Shown here piece after piece: positions 49,601-64,000 of a DNA stretch of 64,000 bases. The DNA is from Laetmonice hystrix (taxonomy: Eukaryota). The first letter of the stretch is position 1. Each line of letters starts with the position of its first letter. The notes beneath the pieces were generated by a model, which was not told where the DNA came from, ran no database searches, and saw only the letters and a program-made list of their open reading frames with translations. The translations under genes were made by a program, and so were the position numbers. The stretch is taken from contig OZ249436.1 in assembly GCA_965235115.1 (NCBI GenBank), positions 43,092,001 through 43,156,000 on the forward strand, read 5' to 3'.

Positions 49601-52600
49601 GCCAGCAGGTAAGATGTATGGACTTCTCACTCTACTGGTTGGCCTCCCACACTGCTTGGCCCCACAGTGTACTGTTTGGCCTCACTGTACTCTTTGGCCT
49701 TATTGTAGTGTTCGCTTGCGTGCCAGGCCAGCCAGTATACCTTGTAGCGATTCTTCCCTGTACTGTTTGGCCTCCCTGTACCGTTTGCTTGTATACAAGA
49801 GTAGCTATTAGTATAGGGACGCCTCATGTTTCATGTTTCCATGCCTTTATTGTCCAGGAGGCAGGCCATACGTTTCGTTTATCATCTACTCCCATCTAAC
49901 CTGTGTCCCCTACAGACCATCTGTAAGCGTCCAAGAACGTTGTCAGGTCGTCCCAATGACTGTTTGCCGTAAAGGTTAATTAACAATGGGAAAATTGCGT
50001 TGTACGCCTTTTCTATACCAGATATCCCCTCCCCAAGTAACAAACAGACAAAGAAAGATTACACAGAGATGAACATTGCAGGCAGAAAACACCAGGGTGC
50101 AGCGGTGCTGACTGCACTGCCGCCTTACGGCCAGCAGTGGAATCACCACGTACACCTGGCCGGGCTGGCAGGCACCTGTGGCTCTGAGGCGAGAGACAGG
50201 TTAAAGCAACGATATGCGAAAAATGGCTACATTTTTGATACGTCAAATTGAAACTACGCCCCCAAAATTATTATTCTTAGGCCAGATGTATGACTGTGAA
50301 ACGTATAGGTCTCGTACGTTCGCTACAGATATTTGGTTGTGATGTGTACACTTCCCATTTGAGTATCTTCTCCAGATTTTAACATTAGATGCTCCTCGCC
50401 TGTACCTTTCATTTCCATTACCTCGCTGTAGAGTTTGCATGGCTACTATAGGCCAGCAGGTAAGATGTATGGACTTCTCACTCTACTGGTTGGCCTCCCA
50501 CACTGCTTGGCCCCACAGTGTACTGTTCGGCCTCACTGTACTCTTTGGCCTCATTGTAGTGTTCGCTTGCGTGCCAGGCCAGCCAGTATACCTTGTAGCG
50601 ATTCTTCCCTGTACTGTTTGGCCTCCCTGTACCGTTTGCTTGTATACAAGAGTAGCTAGTAGTATAGGGACGCCTCATGTTTCATGTTTCCATGCCTTTA
50701 TTGTCCAGGAGGCAGGCCATACGTTTCGTTTATCATCTACTCCCATCTAACCTGTGTCCCCTACAAACCATCTGTAAGCGTCCAAGAACGTTGTCAGGTC
50801 GTCCCAATGACTGTTTGCCGTAAAGGTTAATTAACAATGGGAAAATTGCGTTGTACGCCTTTTCTATATCAGATATCCCCTCCCCAAGTAACAAACAGAC
50901 AAAGAAAGATTACACAGAGATGAACATTGCAGGCAGAAAACACCAGGGTGCAGCGGTGCTGACTGCACTGCCGCCTTACGGTCAGCAGTGGAATCACCAC
51001 GTACACCTGGCCGGGCTGGCAGGCACCTGTGGCTCTGAGGCGAGAGACAGGTTAAAGCAATGATAAGCGAAAAATGGCTACACTTTTGATACTTCAAATT
51101 GATACTACGCCCCCAAAATTATTATTCTTAGGCCAGATGTATGACTGTGAAACGTATAGGTCTCGTACGTTCGCTACAGATATTTGGTTGTGATGTGTAC
51201 ACTTCCCATTTGAGTATCTTCTCCAGATTTTAACATTAGATGCTCCTCACCTGTACCTTTCATTTCCATTACCATCTATGTAGTGTTTGCATGGCTACTA
51301 TAGGCCAGCAGGTAAGATGTAGGGACTTCTCACTCTACTGGTTGGCCTCCCACACTGCTTGGCCCCACAGTGTACTGTTTGGCCTCACTGTACTCTTTGG
51401 CCTCACTGTAGTGTTCGCTTGCGTGCCAGGCCAGCCAGTATACCTTGTAGCGATTCTTTCCTGTACTGTTTGGCCTCCCTGTACCGTTTGCTTGTATACA
51501 AGAGTAGCTAGTAGTATAGGGACGCCTCATGTTTCATGTTTCCATGCCTTTATTGTCCAGGAGGCAGGCCATAGTTTCGTTTATCATCTACTCCCATCTA
51601 ACCTGTGTCCCCTACAGACCATCTGTAAGCGTCCAAGAACGTTGTCAGGTCGTCCCAATGACTGTTTGCCGTAAAGGTTAATTAACAATGGGAAAATTGC
51701 ATTGTACGCCTTTTCTATATCAGATATCCCCTCCCCAAGTAACAAACAGACAAAGAAAGATTACACAGAGATGAACATTGCAGGCAGAAAACACCAGGGT
51801 GCAGCGGTGCTGACTGCACTGCCGCCTTACGGCCAGCAGTGGAATCACCACGTACACCTGGCCGGGCTGGCAGGCACCTGTGGCTCTGAGGCGAGAGACA
51901 GGTTAAAGCAATGATATGCGAAAAATGGCTACACTTTTGATACTTCAAATTGATACTACGCCCCCAAAATTATTATTCTTAGGCCAGATGTATGACTGTG
52001 AAACGTATAGGTCTCGTACGTTCGCTACAGATATTTGGTTGTGATGTGTACACTTCCCATTTGAGTATCTTCTCCAGATTTTAACATTAGATGCTCCTCA
52101 CCTGTACCTTTCATTTCCATTACCTCGCTGTAGTGTTTGCATGGCTTCTATAGGCCAGCAGGTAAGATGTAGGGACTTCTCACTCTACTGGTTGGCCTCC
52201 CAGACTGCTTGGCCCCACAGTGTACTGTTTGGCCTCACTGTACTCTTTGGCCTCACTGTAGTGTTCCCTTGCGTGCCAGGCCAGCCAGTATACCTTGTAG
52301 CGATTCTTTCCTGTAGTGTTTGGCCTCCCTGTACCGTTTGCTTGTATACAAGAGTAGCTATTAGTATAGGGACGCCTCATGTTTCATGTTTCCATGCCTT
52401 TATTGTCCAGGAGGCAGGCCATACGTTTCGTTTATCATCTACTCCCATCTAACCTGTGTCCCCTACAGACCATCTGTAAGCGTCCAAGAACGTTGTCAGG
52501 TCGTCCCAATGACTGTTTGCCGTAAAGGTTAATTAACAATGGGAAAATTGCGTTGTACGCCTTTTCTATATCAGATATCCCCTTCCCAAGTAACAAAGAG

Positions 52601-55600
52601 ACAAAGAAAGATTACACAGAGATGAACATTGCAGGCAGAAAACACCAGGGTGCAGCGGTGCTGACTGCACTGCCGCCTTACGGCCAGCAGTGGAATCACC
52701 ACGTACACCTGGCCGTGTACACTTCCCATTTGAGTATCTTCTCCAGATTTTAACATTAGATGCTCCTCGCCTGTACCTTTCATTTCCATTACCTCGCTGT
52801 AGTGTTTGCATGGCTACTATAGCCCAGCAGGTAAGATGTATGGACTTCTCACTCTACTGGTTGGCCTCCCACACTGCTTGGCCCCACAGTGTACTGTTCG
52901 GCCTCACTGTACTCTTTGGCCTTATTGTAGTGTTCGCTTGCGTGCCAGGCCAGCCAGTATACCTTGTAGCGATTCTTCCCTGTACTGTTTGGCCTCCCTG
53001 TACCGTTTGCTTGTATACAAGAGTAGCTATTAGTATAGGGACGCCTCATGTTTCATGTTTCCATGCCTTTATTGTCCAGGAGGCCGGCCATACGTTTCGT
53101 TTATCATCTACTCCCATCTAACCTGTGTCCCCTACAGACCATCTGTAAGCGTCCAAGAACGTTGTCAGGTCGTCCCAATAACTGTTTGCCGTAAAGGTTA
53201 ATTAACAATGGGAAAATTGCGTTGTACGCCTTTTCTATACCAGATATCCCCTCCCCAAGTAACAAACAGACAAAGAAAGATTACACAGAGATGAACATTG
53301 CAGGCAGAAAACACCAGGGTGCAGCGGTGCTGACTGCACTGCCGCCTTACGGCCAGCAGTGGAATCACCACGTACACCTGGCCGGGCTGGCAGGCACCTG
53401 TGGCTCTGAGGCGAGAGACAGGTTAAAGCAACGATATGCGAAAAATGGCTACATTTTTGATACGTCAAATTGAAACTACGCCCCCAAAATTATTATTCTT
53501 AGGCCAGATGTATGACTGTGAAACGTATAGGTCTCGTACGTTCGCTACAGATATTTGGTTGTGATGTGTACACTTCCCATTTGAGTATCTTCTCCAGATT
53601 TTAACATTAGATGCTCCTCGCCTGTACCTTTCATTTCCATTACCTCGCTGTAGAGTTTGCATGGCTACTATAGGCCAGCAGGTAAGATGTATGGACTTCT
53701 CACTCTACTGGTTGGCCTCCCACACTGCTTGGCCCCACAGTGTACTGTTCGGCCTCACTGTACTCTTTGGCCTTATTGTAGTGTTCGCTTGCGTGCCAGG
53801 CCAGCCAGTATACCTTGTAGCGATTCTTCCCTGTACTGTTTGGCCTCCCTGTACCGTTTGCTTGTATACAAGAATATATTAGTATAGGGACGCCTCATGT
53901 TTCATGTTTCCATGCCTTTATTGTCCAGGAGGCAGGCCATACGTTTCGTTTATCATCTACTCCCATCTAACCTGTGTCCCCTACAGACCATCTGTAAGCG
54001 TCCAAGAACGTTGTCAGGTCGTCCCAATAACTGTTTGCCGTAAAGGTTAATTAACAATGGGAAAATTGCGTTGTACGCCTTTTCTATACCAGATATCCCC
54101 TCCCCAAGTAACAAACAGACAAAGAAAGATTACACAGAGATGAACATTGCAGGCAGAAAACACCAGGGTGCAGCGGTGCTGACTGCACTGCCGCCTTACG
54201 GCCAGCAGTGGAATCACCACGTACACCTGGCCGGGCTGGCAGGCACCTGTGGCTCTGAGGCGAGAGACAGGTTAAAGCAACGATATGCGAAAAATGGCTA
54301 CATTTTTGATACGTCAAATTGAAACTACGCCCCCAAAATTATTATTCTTAGGCCAGATGTATGACTGTGAAACGTATAGGTCTCGTACGTTCGCTACAGA
54401 TATTTGGTTGTGATGTGTACACTTCCCATTTGAGTATCTTCTCCAGATTTTAACATTAGATGCTCCTCGCCTGTACCTTTCATTTCCATTACCTCGCTGT
54501 AGTGTTTGCATGGCTACTATAGCCCAGCAGGTAAGATGTATGGACTTCTCACTCTACTGGTTGGCCTCCCACACTGCTTGGCCCCACAGTGTACTGTTCG
54601 GCCTCACTGTACTCTTTGGCCTTATTGTAGTGTTCGCTTGCGTGCCAGGCCAGCCAGTATACCTTGTAGCGATTCTTCCCTGTACTGTTTGGCCTCCCTG
54701 TACCGTTTGCTTGTATACAAGAGTAGCTATTAGTATAGGGACGCCTCATGTTTCATGTTTCCATGCCTTTATTGTCCAGGAGGCAGGCCATACGTTTCGT
54801 TTATCATCTACTCCCATCTAACCTGTGTCCCCTACAGACCATCTGTAAGCGTCCAAGAACGTTGTCAGGTCGTCCCAATAACTGTTTGCCGTAAAGGTTA
54901 ATTAACAATGGGAAAATTGCGTTGTACGCCTTTTCTATACCAGATATCCCCTCCCCAAGTAACAAACAGACAAAGAAAGATTACACAGAGATGAACATTG
55001 CAGGCAGAAAACACCAGGGTGCAGCGGTGCTGACTGCACTGCCGCCTTACGGCCAGCAGTGGAATCACCACGTACACCTGGCCGGGCTGGCAGGCACCTG
55101 TGGCTCTGAGGCGAGAGACAGGTTAAAGCAACGATATGCGAAAAATGGCTACATTTTTGATACGTCAAATTGAAACTACGCCCCCAAAATTATTATTCTT
55201 AGGCCAGATGTATGACTGTGAAACGTATAGGTCTCGTACGTTCGCTACAGATATTTGGTTGTGATGTGTACACTTCCCATTTGAGTATCTTCTCCAGATT
55301 TTAACATTAGATGCTCCTCGCCTGTACCTTTCATTTCCATTACCTCGCTGTAGAGTTTGCATGGCTACTATAGGCCAGCAGGTAAGATGTATGGACTTCT
55401 CACTCTACTGGTTGGCCTCCCACACTGCTTGGCCCCACAGTGTACTGTTCGGCCTCACTGTACTCTTTGGCCTTATTGTAGTGTTCGCTTGCGTGCCAGG
55501 CCAGCCAGTATACCTTGTAGCGATTCTTCCCTGTACTGTTTGGCCTCCCTGTACCGTTTGCTTGTATACAAGAATATATTAGTATAGGGACGCCTCATGT

Positions 55601-58600
55601 TTCATGTTTCCATGCCTTTATTGTCCAGGAGGCAGGCCATACGTTTCGTTTATCATCTACTCCCATCTAACCTGTGTCCCCTACAGACCATCTGTAAGCG
55701 TCCAAGAACGTTGTCAGGTCGTCCCAATAACTGTTTGCCGTAAAGGTTAATTAACAATGGGAAAATTGCGTTGTACGCCTTTTCTATACCAGATATCCCC
55801 TCCCCAAGTAACAAACAGACAAAGAAAGATTACACAGAGATGAACATTGCAGGCAGAAAACACCAGGGTGCAGCGGTGCTGACTGCACTGCCGCCTTACG
55901 GCCAGCAGTGGAATCACCACGTACACCTGGCCGGGCTGGCAGGCACCTGTGGCTCTGAGGCGAGAGACAGGTTAAAGCAACGATATGCGAAAAATGGCTA
56001 CATTTTTGATACGTCAAATTGAAACTACGCCCCCAAAATTATTATTCTTAGGCCAGATGTATGACTGTGAAACGTATAGGTCTCGTACGTTCGCTACAGA
56101 TATTTGGTTGTGATGTGTACACTTCCCATTTGAGTATCTTCTCCAGATTTTAACATTAGATGCTCCTCGCCTGTACCTTTCATTTCCATTACCTCGCTGT
56201 AGAGTTTGCATGGCTACTATAGGCCAGCAGGTAAGATGTATGGACTTCTCACTCTACTGGTTGGCCTCCCACACTGCTTGGCCCCACAGTGTACTGTTCG
56301 GCCTCACTGTACTCTTTGGCCTTATTGTAGTGTTCGCTTGCGTGCCAGGCCAGCCAGTATACCTTGTAGCGATTCTTCCCTGTACTGTTTGGCCTCCCTG
56401 TACCGTTTGCTTGTATACAAGAATATATTAGTATAGGGACGCCTCATGTTTCATGTTTCCATGCCTTTATTGTCCAGGAGGCAGGCCATACGTTTCGTTT
56501 ATCATCTACTCCCATCTAACCTGTGTCCCCTACAGACCATCTGTAAGCGTCCAAGAACGTTGTCAGGTCGTCCCAATAACTGTTTGCCGTAAAGGTTAAT
56601 TAACAATGGGAAAATTGCGTTGTACGCCTTTTCTATACCAGATATCCCCTCCCCAAGTAACAAACAGACAAAGAAAGATTACACAGAGATGAACATTGCA
56701 GGCAGAAAACACCAGGGTGCAGCGGTGCTGACTGCACTGCCGCCTTACGGCCAGCAGTGGAATCACCACGTACACCTGGCCGGGCTGGCAGGCACCTGTG
56801 GCTCTGAGGCGAGAGACAGGTTAAAGCAACGATATGCGAAAAATGGCTACATTTTTGATACGTCAAATTGAAACTACGCCCCCAAAATTATTATTCTTAG
56901 GCCAGATGTATGACTGTGAAACGTATAGGTCTCGTACGTTCGCTACAGATATTTGGTTGTGATGTGTACACTTCCCATTTGAGTATCTTCTCCAGATTTT
57001 AACATTAGATGCTCCTCGCCTGTACCTTTCATTTCCATTAGCTCGCTGTAGTGTTTGCATGGCTACTATAGACCAGCAGGTAAGATGTATGGACTTCTCA
57101 CTCTACTGGTTGGCCTCCCACGCTGCTTGGCCCCACAGTGTACTGTTTGGCCTCACTGTACTCTTTGGCCTCATTGTAGTGTTCGCTTGCGTGCCAGGCC
57201 AGCCAGTATACCTTGTAGCGATTCTTCCCTGTACTGTTTGGCCTCCCTGTACCGTTTGCTTGTATACAAGAGTAGCTAGTAGTATAGGGACGCCTCATGT
57301 TTCATGTTTCCATGCCTTTATTGTCCAGGAGGCAGGCCATACGTTTCGTTTATCATCTACTCCCATCTAACCTGTGTCCCCTACAAACCATCTGTAAGCG
57401 TCCAAGAACGTTGTCAGGTCGTCCCAATGACTGTTTGCCGTAAAGGTTAATTAACAATGGGAAAATTGCGTTGTACGCCTTTTCTATATCAGATATCCCC
57501 TCCCCAAGTAACAAACAGACAAAGAAAGATTACACAGAGATGAACATTGCAGGCAGAAAACACCAGGGTGCAGCGGTGCTGACTGCACTGCCGAATACGG
57601 TCAGCAGTGGAATCACCACGTACACCTGGCCGGGCTGGCAGGCACCTGTGGCTCTGAGGCGAGAGACAGGTTAAAGCAATGATAAGCGAAAAATGGCTAC
57701 ACTTTTGATACTTCAAATTGATACTACGCCCCCAAAATTATTATTCTTAGGCCAGATGTATGACTGTGAAACGTATAGGTCTCGTACGTTCGCTACAGAT
57801 ATTTGGTTGTGATGTGTACACTTCCCATTTGAGTATCTTCTCCAGATTTTAACATTAGATGCTCCTCACCTGTACCTTTCATTTCCATTACCATCTATGT
57901 AGTGTTTGCATGGCTACTATAGGCCAGCAGGTAAGATGTAGGGACTTCTCACTCTACTGGTTGGCCTCCCACACTGCTTGGCCCCACAGTGTACTGTTTG
58001 GCCTCACTGTACTCTTTGGCCTCACTGTAGTGTTCGCTGGCGTGCCAGGCCAGCCAGTATACCTTGTAGCGATTCTTTCCTGTACTGTTTGGCCTCCCTG
58101 TACCGTTTGCTTGTATACAAGAGTAGCTAGTAGTATAGGGACGCCTCATGTTTCATGTTTCCATGCCTTTATTGTCCAGGAGGCAGGCCATAGTTTCGTT
58201 TATCATCTACTCCCATCTAACCTGTGTCCCCTACAGACCATCTGTAAGCGTCCAAGAACGTTGTCAGGTCGTCCCAATGACTGTTTGCCGTAAAGGTTAA
58301 TTAACAATGGGAAAATTGCATTGTACGCCTTTTCTATATCAGATATCCCCTCCCCAAGTAACAAAGAGACAAAGAAAGATTACACAGAGATGAACATTGC
58401 AGGCAGAAAACACCAGTGTGCAGCGGTGCTGACTGCACTGCCGCCTTACGGCCAGCAGTGGAATCACCACGTACACCTGGCCGGGCTGGCAGGCACCTGT
58501 GGCTCTGAGGCGAGAGACAGGTTAAAGCAATGATATGCGAAAAATGGCTACATTTTTGATACGTCAAATTGAAACTACGCCCCCAAAATTATTATTCTTA

Positions 58601-61600
58601 GGCCAGATGTATGACTGTGAAACGTATAGGTCTCGTACGTTCGCTACAGATATTTGGTTGTGATGTGTACACTTCCCATTTGAGTATCTTCTCCAGATTT
58701 TAACATTAGATGCTCCTCGCCTGTACCTTCCATTTCCATTACCTCGCTGTAGTGTTTGCATGGCTACTATAGGCCAGCAGGTAAGATGTAGGGACTTCTC
58801 ACTCTACTGGTTGGCCTCCCACACTGCTTGGCCCCACAGTGTACTGTTTGGCCTCACTGTACTCTTTGGCCTCACTGTAGTGTTCGCTTGCGTGCCAGGC
58901 CAGCCAGTATACCTTGTAGCGATTCTTCCCTGTACTGTTTGGCCTCCCTGTACCGTTTGCTTGTATACAAGAGTAGCTAGTAGTATAGGGACGCCTCATG
59001 TTTCATGTTTCCATGCCTTTATTGTCCAGGAGGCAGGCCATACGTTTCGTTTATCATCTACTCCCATCTAACCTGTGTCCCCTACAGACCATCTGTAAGC
59101 GTCCAAGAACGTTGTCAGGTCGTCCCAATGACTGTTTGCCGTAAAGGTTAATTAACAATGGGAAAATTGCGTTGTACGCCTTTTCTATATCAGATATCCC
59201 CTCCCCAAGTAACAAAGAGACAAAGAAAGATTACACAGAGATGAACATTGCAGGCAGAAAACACCAGGGTGCAGCGGTGCTGACTGCACTGCCGCCTTAC
59301 GGCCAGCAGTGGAATCACCACGTACACCTGGCCGTGTACACTTCCCATTTGAGTATCTTCTCCAGATTTTAACATTAGATGCTCCTCGCCTGTACCTTTC
59401 ATTTCCATTACCTCGCTGTAGTGTTTGCATGGCTACTATAGCCCAGCAGGTAAGATATAGGGACTTCTCACTCTACTGGTTGGCCTCCCACACTGCTTGG
59501 CCCCACAGTGTACTGTTTGGCCTCACTGTACTCTTTGGCCTCACTGTAGTGTTCGCTGGCGTGCCAGGCCAGCCAGTATACCTTGTAGCGATTCTTCCCT
59601 GTACTGTTTGGCCTCCCTGTACCGTTTGCTTGTATACAAGAGAAGCTAGTAGTATAGGGACGCCTCATGTTTCATGTTTCCATGCCTTTATTGTCCAGGA
59701 GGCAGGCCATACGTTTCGTTTATCATCTACTCCCATCTAACCTGTGTCCCCTACAGACCATCTGTAAGCGTCCAAAAACGGTGTCAGGTCGTCCCAATGA
59801 CTGTTTGCCGTAAAGGTTAATTAACAATGGGAAAATTGCGTTGTACGCCTTTTCTATATCAGATATCCCCTCCCCAAGTAACAAACAGACAAAGAAAGAT
59901 TACACAGAGATAAACATTGCAGGCAGAAAACACCAGGGTGCAGCGGTGCTGACTGCACTGCCGCCTTACGGCCAGCAGTGGAATCACCACGTACACCTGG
60001 CCGGGCTGGCAGGCACCTGTGGCTCTGAGGCGAGAGACAGGTTAAAGCAATGATATGCGAAAAATGGCTACATTTTTGATACGTCAAATTGAAACTACGC
60101 CCCCAAAATTATTATTCTTAGGCCAGATGTATGACTGTGAAACGTATAGGTCTCGTACGTTCGCTACAGATATTTGGTTGTGATGTGTACACTTTCCATT
60201 TGAGTATCTTCTCCAGATTTTAACATTAGATGCTCCTCGCCTGTACCTTCCATTTCCATTACCTCGCTGTAGTGTTTGCATGGCTACTATAGGCCAGCAG
60301 GTAAGATGTAGGGACTTCTCACTCTACTGGTTGGCCTCCCACACTGCTTGGCCCCACAGTGTACTGTTTGGCCTCACTGTACTCTTTGGCCTCACTGTAG
60401 TGTTCGCTTGCGTGCCAGGCCAGCCAGTATACCTTGTAGCGATTCTTCCCTGTACTGTTTGGCCTCCCTGTACCGTTTGCTTGTATACAAGAGAAGCTAT
60501 TAGTATAGGGACGCCTCATGTTTCATGTTTCCATGCCTTTATTGTCCAGGAGGCAGGCCATACGTTTCGTTTATCATCTACTCCCATCTAACCTGTGTCC
60601 CCTACAGACCATCTGTAAGCGTCCAAGAACGTTGTCAGGTCGTCCCAATGACTGTTTGCCGTAAAGGTTAATTAACAATGGGAAAATTGCGTTGTACGCC
60701 TTTTCTATATCAGATATCCCCTCCCCAAGTAACAAACAGACAAAGAAAGATTACACAGAGATGAACATTGCAGGCAGAAAACACCAGGGTGCAGCGGTGC
60801 TGACTGCACTGCCGCCTTACGGCCAGCGGTGGAATCACCACGTACACCTGGCCGGGCTGGCAGGCACCTGTGGCTCTGAGGCGAGAGACAGGTTAAAGCA
60901 ATGATATGCGAAAAATGGCTACATTTTTGATACGTCAAATTGAAACTACGAACCCAAAATTATTATTCTTAGGCCAGATGTATGACTGTGAAACGTATAG
61001 GTCTCGTACGTTCGCTACAGATATTTGGTTGTGATGTGTACACTTCCCATTTGAGTATCTTCTCCAGATTTTAACATTAGATGCTCCTCGCCTGTACCTT
61101 CCATTTCCATTACCTCGCTGTAGTGTTTGCATGGCTACTATAGGCCAGCAGGTAAGATGTAGGGACTTCTCACTCTACTGGTTGGCCTCCCACACTGCTT
61201 GGCCCCACAGTGTACTGTTTGGCCTCACTGTACTCTTTGGCCTCACTGTAGTGTTCGCTTGCGTGCCAGGCCAGCCAGTATACCTTGTAGCGATTCTTCC
61301 CTGTACTGTTTGGCCTCCCTGTACCGTTTGCTTGTATACAAGAGTAGCTAGTAGTATAGGGACGCCTCATGTTTCATGTTTCCATGCCTTTATTGTCCAG
61401 GAGGCAGGCCATACGTTTCGTTTATCATCTACTCCCATCTAACCTGTGTCCCCTACAGACCATCTGTAAGCGTCCAAGAACGTTGTCAGGTCGTCCCAAT
61501 GACTGTTTGCCGTAAAGGTTAATTAACAATGGGAAAATTGCGTTGTACGCCTTTTCTATATCAGATATCCCCTCCCCAAGTAACAAACAGACAAAGAAAG

Positions 61601-64000
61601 ATTACACAGAGATGATCATTGCAGGCAGAAAACACCAGGGTGCAGCGGTGCTGACTGCACTGCCGCCTTACGGCCAGCAGTGGAATCACCACGTACGCCT
61701 GGCCGGGCTGGCAGGCACCTGTGGCTCTGAGGCGAGAGACAGGTTAAAGCAATGATATGCGAAAAATGGCTACATTTTTGATACGTCAAATTGAAACTAC
61801 GCCCCCAAAATTATTATTCTTAGGCCAGATGTATGACTGTGAAACGTATAGGTCTCGTACGTTCGCTACAGATATTTGGTTGTGATGTGTACACTTCCCA
61901 TTTGAGTATCTTCTCCAGATTTTAACATTAGATGCTCCTCGCCTGTACCTTTCATTTCCATTACCTCGCTGTACTGTTTGCATGGCTACTATAGGCCAGC
62001 AGGTAAGATGTAGGGACTTCTCACTCTACTGGTTGGCCTCCCACACTGCTTGGCCCCACAGTGTACTGTTTGGCCTCACTCTACTCTTTGGCCTCACTGT
62101 AGTGTTCGCTTGCGTGCCAGGCCAGCCAGTATACCTTGTAGCGATTCTTCCCTGTACTGTTTGGCCTCCCTGTACCGTTTGCTTGTATACAAGAGTAGCT
62201 AGTAGTATAGGGACGCCTCATGTTTCATGTTTCCATGCCTTTATTGTCCAGGAGGCAGGCCATACGTTTCGTTTATCATCTACTCCCATCTAACCTGTGT
62301 CCCCTACAGACCATCTGTAAGCGTCCAAGAACGTTGTCAGGTCGTCCCAATGACTGTTTGCCGTAAAGGTTAATTAACAATGGGAAAATTGCGTTGTACG
62401 CCTTTTCTATATCAGATATCCCCTCCCCAAGTAACAAACAGACAAAGAAAGATTACACAGAGATGAACATTGCAGGCAGAAAACACCAGGGTGCAGCGGT
62501 GCTGACTGCACTGCCGCCTTACGGCCAGCAGTGGAATCACCACGTACGCCTGGCCGGGCTGGCAGGCACCTGTGGCTCTGAGGCGAGAGACAGGTTAAAG
62601 CAATGATATGCGAAAAATGGCTACATTTTTGATACGTCAAATTGAAACTACGCCCCCAAAATTATTATTCTTAGGCCAGATGTATGACTGTGAAACGTAT
62701 AGGTCTCGTACGTTCGCTACAGATATTTGGTTGTGATGTGTACACTTCCCATTTGAGTATCTTCTCCAGATTTTAACATTAGATGCTCCTCGCCTGTACC
62801 TTTCATTTCCATTACCTCGCTGTACTGTTTGCATGGCTACTATAGGCCAGCAGGTAAGATGTAGGGACTTCTCACTCTACTGGTTGGCCTCCCACACTGC
62901 TTGGCCCCACAGTGTACTGTTTGGCCTCACTCTACTCTTTGGCCTCACTGTAGTGTTCGCTTGCGTGCCAGGCCAGCCAGTATACCTTGTAGCGATTCTT
63001 CCCTGTACTGTTTGGCCTCCCTGTACCGTTTGCTTGTATACAAGAGTAGCTAGTAGTATAGGGACGCCTCATGTTTCATGTTTCCATGCCTTTATTGTCC
63101 AGGAGGCAGGCCATACGTTTCGTTTATCATCTACTCCCATCTAACCTGTGTCCCCTACAGACCATCTGTAAGCGTCCAAGAACGTTGTCAGGTCGTCCCA
63201 ATGACTGTTTGCCGTAAAGGTTAATTAACAATGGGAAAATTGCGTTGTACGCCTTTTCTATATCAGATATCCCCTCCCCAAGTAACAAAGAGACAAAGAA
63301 AGATTACACAGAGATGAACATTGCAGGCAGAAAACACCAGGGTGCAGCGGTGCTGACTGCACTGCCGCCTTACGGCCAGCAGTGGAATCACCACGTACAC
63401 CTGGCCGTGTACACTTCCCATTTGAGTATCTTCTCCAGATTTTAACATTAGATGCTCCTAGCCTGTACCTTTCATTTCCATTACCTCGCTGTAGTGTTTG
63501 CATGGCTACTATAGCCCAGCAGGTAAGATGTAGGGACTTCTCACTCTACTGGTTGGCCTCCCACACTGCTTGGCCCCACAGTGTACTGTTTGGCCTCACT
63601 GTACTCTTTGGCCTCACTGTAGTGTTCGCTGGCGTGCCAGGCCAGCCAGTATACCTTGTAGCGATTCTTCCCTGTACTGTTTGGCCTCCCTGTACCGTTT
63701 GCTTGTATACAAGAGAAGCTAGTAGTATAGGGACGCCTCATGTTTCATGTTTCCATGCCTTTATTGTCCAGGAGGCAGGCCATACGTTTCGTTTATCATC
63801 TACTCCCATCTAACCTGTGTCCCCTACAGACCATCTGTAAGCGTCCAAGAACGGTGTCAGGTCGTCCCAATGACTGTTTGCCGTAGAGGTTAATTAACTA
63901 TGGGAAAATTGCGTTGTACGCCTTTTCTATATCAGATATCCCCTCCCCAAGTAACAAACAGACAAAGAAAGATTACACAGAGATAAACTTTGCAGGCAGA
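46655..64000. repeat. 851-bp satellite tandem array, right segment (~21 monomers, continues beyond the window)
   Basis: Resumes at TTACACAGAG, the exact continuation of …AAGAAAGA at 24558. Includes 849-, 850- and 669-bp variants. Confidence 0.99.

Noticed and set aside
6624..63813. Recurrent 60-175-aa ORFs in the 851-bp monomers as a tandem gene family
   Set aside because: They overlap on both strands, show no recognisable domain, and are freely broken by indels and stops among copies. A CNVHLC string faintly recalls a piggyBac Cys-rich tail, but the other cysteines and any transposase are missing.

Overview
Eukaryotic (probably invertebrate) genomic DNA, almost entirely repetitive. (1) 1-3.9 kb: 3' end of a gamma-tubulin complex component 4 (TUBGCP4/GCP4) gene on +. 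It has one clearly recognisable 140-bp exon (1361-1500) and two candidate alternative terminal exons, surrounded by minisatellites and a TIR element. (2) 4.2-6.4 kb: a cluster of non-autonomous DNA transposons plus a diverged, inverted copy of the satellite monomer. (3) 6.36-24.56 kb and 46.66-64 kb: one homogeneous tandem array of an 851-bp satellite (~42 monomers, running off the right edge). (4) 24559-46654: the array is split, with no target duplication, by a 22-kb block that resolves into 10 non-autonomous Helentron/Helitron2-type (HINE/DINE-1-like) elements of 3 related families, all on the minus strand. They are nested like balanced parentheses up to six levels deep. Each inner element inserted into the short A/(TAA)n tract about 60-70 bp from the 5' end of a relative, so the displaced 5' ends are stacked in last-in-first-out order. 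This self-targeting 'Russian-doll' stack is the most notable feature. The many short ORFs in the track are artefacts of the repeats; no transposase or Rep/helicase gene is visible.
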